DNA from: Mustelus asterias
Lineage: Eukaryota
Direction: 5' to 3'
Assembly: GCF_964213995.1 (NCBI RefSeq)
Contig: NC_135808.1
Location: forward strand, 50,468,001-50,532,000
Length of the DNA: 64,000 bases
Made by a program: the position numbers and the translations under genes. Below the pieces are notes generated by a model, which saw only the letters and a list, made by a program, of their open reading frames with translations, was not told the origin of the DNA and ran no database searches. How positions within the stretch are numbered: position 1 is the first letter of the stretch; each line of letters opens with the position of its first letter. Below are positions 38,460 to 49,319 of this stretch, piece by piece.

Positions 38460-39780
38460 CATGGACACCATGGTCGATGTGGAGCAGTTTCTTTATGTTA
38501 TAAATGTGTGATTGTTCACTTTTGAGGAATTCACAAAGTGGGTGAAGGGAACTTGTAGATGTGATATTTAGGGAATTCCAAAAGGTATTTGATAAATTGC
38601 CACATCAAATCTTGCTACACAAGATACAAGCTGATGGTGTGTGGGTAACATATTAGCATTAATAGAGGATTGGTTAGCGAACAGAGACCAGAGAGAGGGG
38701 TAAATGATTGTTTTGGGGTTGGGAAGCTGTAATTAGTGGAATTCTGGAACAATCAGTGCTGGGACCACAACTATTCACAATCCAGATCAATGACTTGGAT
38801 GAAGGGAGTGAATGGAGCTGATGTCCCAATGACAGCAGCATGGTCAGTGCAGGCTTAGAGGGTCGAAGGGCCTGTTCCTGTGCTGTAATTTTCTTTGTTT
38901 TTTGACACTAAGATAGTTGGGGAAAGTAAGTTATCAAGAGGAGATAGAGAGTCTGCAAACAGATGGAAACAAGGGAAGTGAGTGGCTAAACATTTGGAAT
39001 ATAACTGCGTAAATGTGAAGGTGTCCACTTTGGCAGGAAGAATAGAACAGCAGGAAACTATTGAAATGGAGAGAGATTGCACAACTCGGTGCTACAGAGG
39101 GATCTGGCTGTCCTGGGACATGAATCACAACAAGTTAGTCTGCAGCTACAGCAAGTGATTAGGAAGACAAATGGAATGTTGGTGTTTATTACAAGGAGAA
39201 TGGAATATAAAAATAGGGAAGTTTTACTGCAGCTGTACAGTGTCTCGGTGAGACCACATCTGGAATACTGTACATTTTGGTCTCCTTATTTGGAAAAGGA
39301 TATCATTGTGTTCGAAGCAGTTCAGAGAAGATTCACCCGACACATTCCTGGGGTGAGGGGTTATCTTATGAAGAAAAGTTGGACAGGCTGGGCCTGAACC
39401 CATTGGAGTTTAGAAGAATGAGAGGTGATCTTATTGAAACATATCAGGTTGTGAGGGGACTGACAGAGTGGATACCAGGAGGGTGGTGTCTCTTCTGGGG
39501 CAGAGTGAGATGAGTGGACAGATGGATAGAAGTGCTGGAGAGAAAGTGATGGAGAAGGAGAGCTGAACTGAGGAAGAGAGAGGGAGAGAATGATAAGAGA
39601 GAAAGAATGAGTGAAGGAGAGGGCAAAGAAGGAGAATAAGACAGGAACAACAAGAGAGAGAGACCGAGAGAGGGGGAACAGAGAGAGGGGGAACAGAGAA
39701 GGGTGAATAGAGAGAGCGGGAGCAGAGACTGAGGGACAGAGACTGAGGGACAGAGACTGAGGGAGGGAGAGAGAAGAAGA

Positions 39781-39880
39781 GGAAGTGAAAGGTGCTGACG
39801 TGGTTTCTCTGGGTCAGACCATTTACAAACTGAGGAACAGGCAGTGAGACTCTGACAGGCTGCAGCTTTATAAAGCAGAG
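39781..39880 (+). promoter_or_regulatory. V promoter, cluster B (mirror of cluster A promoter)
   Basis: GGAAGTGAAA 39781-39790, TGACGTGG 39796-39803, ATTTACAA 39821-39828, TATAAA 39869-39874. Confidence 0.65.
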
Positions 39881-39934
39881 CCCAGTGAAGGGAGAGTTTA
39901 TCAGTAACCAGGCACAGGGACACGACCACACACC

Positions 39935-39983
39935 ATGATTTCAGCCATCCAGCTGCTCTGGCCTCAGGCATTCTGCATCGCAG
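39935..39983 (+). CDS. Leader exon, cluster B (MISAIQLLWPQAFCIA-G); orphan, V exon deleted
   Basis: Mirror of 9556-9604 with one CTG>CAG (L>Q) change; ATG and GT donor intact. Confidence 0.9.
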
Positions 39984-40116
39984 GTACAAATCTCTCTCCT
40001 TCCACCTTGAATATTTTCCTGCTCTCCATTTCAATCCAATTCTCCTGACTTGTGATTGAAGGGAAAATGCTGAAAGGAGAGGAACAGTCAGTGTCTCCAA
40101 CAATATCTCATTGTAC
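39984..40116 (+). pseudogene. Truncated leader-V intron ending at the V-deletion junction, cluster B
   Basis: Matches the A intron up to ...tcattgtac, then runs directly into cacctcctgtactgac of the 61-bp repeat. Acceptor, V exon and 12-RSS are absent. Confidence 0.92.
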
Positions 40117-40713
40117 CACCTCCTGTACTGACACATCCCACAGTTTTATATAATATATAATAATGGACACACAGTCCCACCTCCTGTACTGACACATCCC
40201 ACAGTTTTATATAATATATAATAATGGACACACAGTCCCACCTCCTGTACTGACACATCCCACAGTTTTATATAATATATAATAATGGACACACAGTCCC
40301 ACCTCCTGTACTGACACATCCCACAGTTTTATATAATATATAATAATGGACACACAGTCCCACCTCCTGTACTGACACATCCCACAGTTTTATATAATAT
40401 ATAATAATGGACACACAGTCCCACCTCCTGTACTGACACATCCCACAGTTTTATATAATATATAATAATGGACACACAGTCCCACCTCCTGTACTGACAC
40501 ATCCCACAGTTTTATATAATATATAATAATGGACACACAGCACCACCTCCTGTACTGACACATCCCACAGTTTTATATAATATATAATAATGGACACACA
40601 GTCCCACCTCCTGTACTGACACATCCCACAGTTTTATATAATATATAATAAAGGACACACAGTCCCACCTCCTGTACTGACACATCCCACAGTTTTATAT
40701 AATATATAATAAA
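40115..40713. repeat. 61-bp minisatellite (~10 copies), cluster B
   Basis: Inverted copy of the 8551-9037 array. Confidence 0.95.
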
Positions 40714-41013
40714 GACAAGAAAGGAAACTGGACAAATTATTTGCACTGTCCACTACACACTCCAGTCCCTGTGGTGTCCACCGCTCGCTGAAGGCCTCGA
40801 GTTTCCCTCTTACTCTCCATGTCCACATATGAAGAGCAGCTGAAAGATTTATCATCTCAAATTAGAATTCTCAACTCTCCCGACAAAACACTGAGACATT
40901 GAGAGAAACAGAGAGAGAGAAACAGAGAGAGAGAAAGAGTGAGAGAGAAAGAGTGAGAGAGAAAGAGTGAGAGAGAAGAGATGAGTGAGTGAGTGAGTGA
41001 GGCAGAGAGCAGA

Positions 41014-41052
41014 GGTTTTTGTACAGCTCCTGCACTGGAAGCTGTCAGTGTG
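41014..41052 (+). other. 23-bp-spacer RSS of J, cluster B
   Basis: GGTTTTTGT (41014-41022), 23 nt, CAGTGTG (41046-41052); identical to cluster A. Confidence 0.95.
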
Positions 41053-41087
41053 CCTTACGTTCGGTAAAGGAACCAAACTCAGACTGA
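41053..41087 (+). CDS. IGKJ: Ig kappa-type J segment, cluster B (LTFGKGTKLRL)
   Basis: Identical to J of cluster A; GTAAGT donor at 41088. Confidence 0.96.
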
Positions 41088-41929
41088 GTAAGTAAAGCCC
41101 AATCCTCCGTTATTAACCCTTTCAATGCTGAAACTTTCTCAAACACAAATGCTGAATAGTTGAAGGTGTTGGTGAGGAAGCTGCAGTCAATGAAATGGTT
41201 GATTGAAGAACATTGTGTGGAACAGGGAGCCCAGCTGTATTTCTTTCCTTCCATTTCCCCCTTTAAGCAGCAAGATATAAGTAAGCAGCTTTTACCCACC
41301 GTGTGGAGGAGATCTGGACGTTTGCAGACTGTGCTCACATTCCTGCAGCATGGAGTGAAATCACTCTCTAGACTCCTGTCAGTCTCAGTGTGACACACAC
41401 AGGCAGAGTTTGATGTGAAGTCGGACTCCCTGTCACACTCTCTGGTATAACTGATCACAGCACCAGCACAGTGAGACACCGAGGTGCCACCTCCCCCAGC
41501 TTTCACTCTGCTCTCTCCACTCCCTGCTTATCTCTTGCTAAAGTTCTGATGACAAACAGCTACAGCAGGGCCCACAATCCAGTGGCTTCAGTGTTCCAGG
41601 CTTTTGGGGAGACTCTCAGTTACTTTCTCTTTGGGACGAGTTCAGTCCGATATTTATCCCGGATCCAACATCACTGAAAATGCTGATTGTTCTCATTGCT
41701 GTGTGTGGGATCTTGCTGTGTACACGTTGTGACCAATCCTCAGACAAGGTCCCTCATTTGTTAACTTCCTGAACCCGATCCCAATTTTGTTTTGCTCCTG
41801 GGTGAGGAGTAATCAGCTGGATCCCTGACTTTATTCAACCCCGCCCTCGATTGGTCACAACAAGGTTCATTTAAAATGGATCCCTTCACCCGTGGAAACC
41901 TTACACAGTCCACGTAATCCTTTATTCGC

Positions 41930-42265
41930 CTTTGAATCTCTACAGTGCAGAAGGAGGCTGTTCAGTCCATCGAATCTGTACCAACTCTCTGAAAGAGCTT
42001 CTTACCCAGGCTCCCCACCCTATCCCTGTAACCCTGCGCATTTACCATTGCTAATCCACTTAAAGAACACACTCGGGGCATTTTAGCATGGCCAATCCAT
42101 CTAACCTGTATTGAATTTTGGGAGGAAACTGGAGCACTCGGAGGAAACCTACACAGACATCAGGTTAACATGCAAACTCTACACAGGCAGTGACCCGAGG
42201 CCTGAATTGAACCCAGGTCCCTGGCTGTGAGGCGGCAGTGCTAATCACTGTGTCAACATGCCGCC
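41930..42265 (-). mobile_element. HE1-like SINE (partial mirror at ~6890-7110)
   Basis: SINE head and V-domain. Confidence 0.75.
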
Positions 42266-42389
42266 GCTCTTTTAATTTTTTAGAAGGAATTATTTTAACC
42301 AGGTTTTCTTGAATACGTTTATTAGTTACTAAATACCTGAGAAAATAATCAACATGTGAAACGCACACACTCTCGCACTGACTAGAAAT

Positions 42390-45300
42390 GAAAAGTATGA
42401 GGAGAGGTTGACTAGGTTAGGATTGTTTTCGCTGGAGTTCAGACGAATGAGGGGGTATCTCATAGAGACTTATAAAATTCTAGCGGGATGAGACAGGATA
42501 GATACAGGGAGGATGTTCCCGATGTTGGAGAGTCCAGAACCAGTCGCAGTCTGAGGATTCAGGCTAGACCATTTAGGATGGAGGTGAGGAGACATTTCTT
42601 CACCCAAAAAGTGGTGAGCCTGTGGAATTCATTGCCACAGGAAGCAGTTGATGCCAAAACATTGAATGTATTCAGGAGGCGGCTAGATATAGCACTTGGG
42701 GTGAATGGGATCTAAAGTTATGGGGAAAAGGCAGAATTAGGCTATTGAGTTGGATGATCAGCCATAATCGTAATGAATAGTGGAGCAGGCTCAAAGGGCC
42801 AAATGGCCTCCTCCTGCTCCTATCTTCTGTGTTTCTGTGTCTATGTTTCTACGTTTTCATAATTCTGTCTTGCTGCAGTTATACAGGGCCTTGGTGAGGC
42901 CACACTGGGAATATTGTGCACAGTTTTGTTCTCCTTATCTGAGGAAGGATGTTCTTGCTCTACATGGAGCGCAGACCAGGTTTACCAGACTGATTCCTGC
43001 GATAGTGGGACTGACGTATGAGGAGAGATTGAATTAGTTAAAGTTTATATTCACTGGAGTTCAGAAGAATGAGGGGGGAACTCAGAGAAACCTATAAAGC
43101 TCTAAAAGGTTCGGGGGATTAGTGAGGTAAATACATGGGGTTATGGGGTAAGAGTCGATGCAGACTCGATTGACCAAATGGACTCCGCCTGCACTTTAGG
43201 GATTCTATTGTCCATGTCTGTGCCGGCCACCAAGCACCTATCTATTCCAATCCCATTTTCCAGCCCTTGGTCCGTTGCCTTGTTTGCTTTGGAATTTATC
43301 TAAATGCATCTTAAATGTTGTGAGGGTTCCCACCTCCACCACCCTTTCAGGCAGTGAGTTCCAGATTCCCAACACCCTCTGGGTGAAAAGATTTCCCTCA
43401 AGACTCTCAAAATCTGCTGCCTCTATAATGAAGGGAAATGGTTCCTCGTATCTGTCTTGCTGCAGTTATAGTAAGATGTCGATATGCGCGATCTCCTTGG
43501 AGATTCTCTCCACTTGGAGCCCCAGTTGCGGTGTCGATGGTAGCCATGATATGGAGATGCCGGCGTTGGACTGGGGTGTCCAATGCCGGCATCGCCACAT
43601 CATCGCTGCAGTTATCCAGGGCCTTGGTGAGGCCACACTGGGAATATTGTTTGCAGTTTTGGTCTCCTTATTTGAGGAAGGATGTTTTTGCAACGGAGGG
43701 AGCACAGCAAAGGTTTACCAGACTGATTCCCGGGATAATGGACTGATGTAGGAGGAGAGATTGTTTTGGTTAAGATCATATTTGCTGCAGTTCAGAAGGA
43801 TGAGGGGAATCACATAGAAACCTATAAAATTGTAACAGGACTAGACATGGTAGTTGCAGGAAGGATGTTCCCAATGGTGGGATTGTCCGTGGTGGGTTCC
43901 GTGGTGGGTTCCAGGGGTCACAGTCTGAGGATACGGAGTAAACCTTTTAGGACTGAGGTGAGGAGAAATTCCTTCACCCAGAGAGGCGTAAACCTGTGGA
44001 ATTCACTACCACAGAAAGCAGTTGAGGCTAAAATATTGTATGTTTTCAAGAAGGAGTTAGATTTAGGTCTTGGGGTGAATGGGATCAAAGGATTTAGAGG
44101 TAAAGCAGGATCTGGATACTGATTGGATAATCAGCCATGATCATGGTGAATAATGGGGCAGGCATGAAGGGCTGAGTGGCCTCCTCCATCTCCTATTTTC
44201 TGTGATTCTATGCAGACCAGCATTTATTACCCATCCCTAATTGCCCTGGTGAAGATGGTGCTGAGGTGGTGGAATAAGTTCTACTCCAATGAGTATTGGC
44301 CCAACCTGCTCAAGCTTTCCTCATAAGACAATCCATTACTCAGTGGAATCAGCCTCGTGAATCTTCTCTGAACTCTTTCCAATGCTACTATATCCTTACT
44401 TGGGAATGGAGACCAAAAGTGTCCACAATATTCCAGGTGTGATCTTCCCAACGTGCTGTACAGCTGGAGTAAGACATCCCTACTTCTATACTCATCCTCA
44501 TTGGAATGAAGAACAACATTCCATTTGCCTTCCTAATTTTTTGCTGTTCCTGGATGCAAAGACACACAGATCACTCGATAGAATCTCTCCAGTTTACTAG
44601 TATTCTGCTCTATCCTCTTGCCAAAGTGGACAACCTCACAATTTCCCACATTATACTCCATCAGTCAATGTTTTCCCACTCACTGAATCTACCTCTATCC
44701 CTTTTCAGACTCTGTATTCACCTCACAACTTGCTTTCCTACTAATCATTTTACCATCAGCAAATTTAGCGACAATCCTCTCATTCCCTTCATCCAGCTCA
44801 TTAATATAGATTGTAGAGTTAAACCCCAAACAACAACCATCTTCCTATGTGCTGGGTATAACTCCAGCCAGCACAGAGTTTTCCCCCCTGATTCCCATTG
44901 ACTCCAGTTTTGCATGGACTCCTTGATGCCACACTTGGTCAAATCCTGCCTTGATGTCAAGGGCAGTCACTCTCACCTCACCTTTGGAGTTCAGCTCTTT
45001 TGTCCACGTTTGAACCATCTGGGAAAAAGCTTCCCACCGTTCACCCTATCTGTGCCTTTCATAATTTTATACACCTCTATTAGGTCACCCCTCATCCTCC
45101 GTCTTTCCAGTGAGAACAACCCCAGTTTACCCAATCTCTCCTCATAACTAAGCCCTTCCATACCAGGCAACATCCTGGTAAACCTCCTCTGCACTCTCTC
45201 TAAAGCCTCCATGTCCTTCTGGTAGTGTGTGGTGACCAGAACTGGGCGCAGTATTACAAATGCGGCCAAACCAACATTCTATACAACTGCAACATCAGAT

Positions 45301-45690
45301 CCCAACTTTTATACTCTATGCCCCGTCCTATAAAGGCAAGCATGCCATATGCCTTATTCACTACCTTCTCCACCTGTGACGTCACCTTCTAGGATCTGTG
45401 GACTTGCACACCCAGGTCCCTCTGCATATCTACACCCTTTATGGTTCTGCCATTTATCATATAGCTCCCCCCTACGTTAGTTCTACCAAAATGCATCACT
45501 TCGCATTTATCTGGATTGAACTCCATCTGCCATTTCTTTGCCCAAATTTCCAGCCTATCTATATCCTTCTGTAGCCTCTGACAATGTTCCTCACTATCTG
45601 CAAGTCCAGCCATTTTCGTGTCGTCCGCAAACTTACTGATCACCCCAGTTACACCTTCTTCCAGATCATTTATATCAATCACAAACAGCA
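42390..45690. mobile_element. Nested CR1 and second-family LINE fragments in the J-C intron of cluster B
   Basis: RT motifs on both strands; 45015-45690 CR1 is specific to arm B. Confidence 0.8.
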
Positions 45691-47750
45691 GTAACAGCAA
45701 TAACATTGTGAATAATCAAGATTAGACTGATGGGATGGTTATTGTGTGGATTGGATTTGTCCTGTTTGATGTGGACAATTCATAACCAGGCAATTTTCCA
45801 CATTGCCGGGTTGATGCCAGTGTTGTACCTGCACTGGAACAGCTTGGCTCGGGGCATGGAATGTTCTGGAGCACTAGTCTGCAGGACTTCCGGAGGAGGT
45901 CGAGCTGGATCATCTACTCGGCACTTCCGGCTAAAGATTACTGTGAATGCTTCAACCTTATCTTTTGTACTGATGGGCTGGGCTCCTCCATCATTGAGGA
46001 TGGGGATATTTGTGTTGCCTCCTCCTCCAGTGAGTTGTTTAATTGTCCACCACCATTCACTGGATATGGCAGGACTGCAGAGCTTTGATCTGATCCATTG
46101 GTTGTGGGATGGTTTAGCTCTGTCTATCACTTGCTGCTTCTGCTGTTTGACACACAGTCCTGTGTTGTAGCTTCACCAGGTTAACACCTCATTTTTCAGT
46201 ACATCTGCTGTTGCTCCTGCCATGTCCTCCTGCACTCTTCATTGAACTGAAAGCAGCAGAGAATCCACAGAAACGGAATGATGCTTCAAATCCCACTCCT
46301 GAGATGGTGGTGGCAGATGCTATACAAATGTATTTCTGTCTTCGAGCTTGTGGATTCCTGATCCTTGCCCATTGTCCACACACTCGCAGCCTCCAGGGTT
46401 CATGGGGGCTTTTGGAACAGTGACCCTGACTGATCCCCGGACACTGGGACTAATTCTAGCCTCACCCTTAAACTCAGCCAAGTGCTGTGCGGTAAGGTTT
46501 GCAATGAAATCTAGAAGCTTCTACACTGACAGCCAATCAGAATCCTGTGTGAACTGTGTTGATCCAAGTCTGCTGCAATGTTCTGGGATAAAGTTCTCCT
46601 GATCTGTGTGTGATCTGTGGTTTGTTGATGCTCAACCTGTTTCCCCCAGACAGACTGAACAATAGTTCCAGCTTCCTGACTGGTTAACAGTCTCTTAAAG
46701 GGACACTGTGTCTTTAAATACTCTCACTATTAACCATTTCAGTGCTGAATTTGTAGTAACCTTCTTTACAAATGTTTCAGTAACATTGCAAAATGATTCA
46801 ACCAGCTTCAAATCAAACCTTTACCCCCAGACACTGAACTACTTTGAAATCCAACTTGTCACTTTCCCTCGGACCCCATCAGCTTTTAATTTTAAACAAT
46901 GGTACAGCATTATCCGTCCTCCAGTCCTCCCACACCACACCTGTAGCCAGAGAGGATTGGGAAATAATGGTCAGAGTCTCTGCTTTTTCTTCCCTTGCTT
47001 CCCTTCGCATCCTGGGATACATTTCACCTGGGCTTGGGAATTTTTCCACTTTCAAAGATGATAAGAACATTAATATCTCCTCCCACACTATCATTATCCC
47101 ATTAATTATTTCACAATCTCTCTCCTCCTGAAGTACAATGTCAGCTTTGTCCCTCTCATTTGTGATATCGAATGTAAATTATTCGTTCAGAACCATCTCT
47201 GTGCCTTCCCCCTCCACACACAAGTTACCTTGTTGCTCTCTAATCAGCCCTATTCATTCCTTAGTTATCCTCTTTGCAATGTCCCACGCTATTGCTTTGT
47301 TTGAACATATTTGTTCTGAACTCTATCTCCAGCTCGAATATCCTCCCACTGCTCTGACACTGATTTACCTTCAAGTCGCTGTTTCCGGTTCATTTTGCCA
47401 AATTCCAGTTGAGTGAAATTGGCCTTTCCCCAAGTTAAAACATTTACCCTTGATCGATCTTTCCTCTTTTCCATAGCTACTCGAAATCGTTAACTTTATG
47501 ATGATCATTATTACCCAAATGTTCCCCCACTCATACACCTTCCAGCTACCCAGATTTGTTCTCTAAAATTACCCAAAACTGCCCCTTCTCTTGTTGGGAT
47601 TGTTCCGTACTGGTTAAAAAATTTCCCTGGAATAGATTTTCGGAATTGTGCAATGTTGAAACATTGACACTGATTTGATCCCAGTCAATATTCGGGAAGT
47701 TGAAAACCCTGAAAATGGCAGTGATTAAAATTCCTTCTCTTCTCTTTCAG

Positions 47751-48079
47751 CCCGTGAGAATTCACAACCCACGCTGACCCTGCTGCCCCCCTCCCCGGAG
47801 GAGGTCAAGACCAAGGGCACTGCCACCCTGGTGTGCCTTGCCAATCACTTCTATCCCGATGAGGTGGAGGTGAAGTGGAAGAAGGACGGTGCAGCCATTT
47901 CCAACGGGATTCAGACCAGCAACTACCTGCGAGCTTCAGACAACACCTACAGCGTCAGCAGCCTGCTGACCCTCTCTGGCTCCGACTGGGAGTCCAACGC
48001 CCGCTTCTCCTGTGCCCTCACCCACGTCAGCCTCTCCTCGCCCCTCAGCAAGAGCGTCAGGAGATCAGAATGTGCCTAG
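47751..48079 (+). CDS. IGKC: Ig kappa-type constant exon, cluster B, intact
   Basis: Acceptor tctttcag|CC and open to TAG. Differs from C-A by N>T, V>I, S>R and one silent change. Confidence 0.96.
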
Positions 48080-48563
48080 AGTGTTAGAGACAGTCCACAG
48101 AGGAGACACAACTTGGAATAGAACAGGGGTGAGCTGGGAGGGCAAAGGTCACTGTCAGCATTGAATTACAACTCTCTTCTTTCTCGGGACTGGGTTAGAG
48201 ACACTTCTGAGGGTCAGGGGTTAAAGCACATTATTGGAGCAATGCAGAGGGAGCTTTACTCTGTATCTAACCTCATGCTGTACCTGGCTTGGGACTGTTT
48301 GATAGGGACTGTGTAGAGGGAGTTTTACTCTGTTCCTGTTCTGGGACTGTTTGATGGGGACAGTGCAGACTCGTGATAACAAGTACAACCTCTGGAAGAT
48401 GCTGAAGAGTGTCAGCTGTACAATAATAATGTGACCCTGTGAAGTGTCTGCTTCAGTAAACCAGACCTCCTTCCTGCTCACCCTGCAGTTACAATTGAAG
48501 CTTTAGTCACTGTTTAAAGGGACAGGATTCTCATGTTATTGAGAAAATCTCCACAAGTGTTTT

Positions 48564-48652
48564 AATAAACCTCCATTCTCCCTGTGAATTTCTCCAGCTT
48601 CCTCTGGCTGGGCTGTTTTTTCTGTCAATGTCAATGTGTAAAAGGTAATAAA
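48564..48652 (+). terminator. Two AATAAA polyadenylation signals 3' of C (cluster B)
   Basis: aataaa at 48564-48569 and 48647-48652. Confidence 0.6.
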
Positions 48653-49319
48653 CATTAAGAATATTCAGTTTCTGTCTGGTGAGTGCTTTGGAAATGTCCC
48701 ACCTCCCCATCAGCTGATTGGCTGCATTTCACCAAGTGATTGTCCTGATTGGCTGCTTGGCCTGTCAATCAATGACACATCAGCAGAAGATTGGATTCAA
48801 AGCCAATGATCATTCATTTGAAAATGATCAGTTTGATCTGGAATCTCTTGAGTGACAAGATTGAAAACAGAGAAGAAACTGAAAGTTGCTGGGATTAAAC
48901 CATCACAATCACAATTCTCCACCCCATATTCACCACCTCCCTCTTGACCTTAACCATCTCACGTGGTCTCACTGCTCCCATAGTTTCAATCAGAGATAAG
49001 ACCATCTCTGATCACTTCCTTGTATCACTCCCCAGCCACATCCTCCTTCCACACCCCCAACCCTACCCCCTTCTGTATCCATCCCTTCAAAAACCTATTC
49101 CCCAATTCACTTACAACCGCACTTTCCAAATCCCATCTATCTTAAATTTCATTTTACCAGAAGCCAGTTTATTCTCAGACCAGCTGAGCAGAGAGAAAAC
49201 CCCTTTGTTTCTCCACACCCAACTCTTCCAGCTGTGTCCATTGATCATTGAGCCAATGATCATCACTTGTCTTCATCAATCTAATTGGATGAACAATATA
49301 AATATCAAAGGATAATGTA

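Larger units (their letters stand above)
34040..48798 (+). repeat. Right arm of inverted segmental duplication
   Basis: Collinear reverse complement of the left arm, with shared old TEs and arm-specific younger insertions. Confidence 0.92.

Noticed and set aside
40100-41087. Cluster B as a germline-joined VJ gene or a RAG-excision product
   Set aside because: The J RSS is intact, no V sequence remains, and the breakpoints do not coincide with the V heptamer
41467-41473. Isolated CACAGTG in the J-C intron (mirror 7568-7574) as an intron RSS for a kappa-deleting element
   Set aside because: A 7-mer is expected by chance at this scale, it has no nonamer, and no 23-RSS partner was found 3' of C-B
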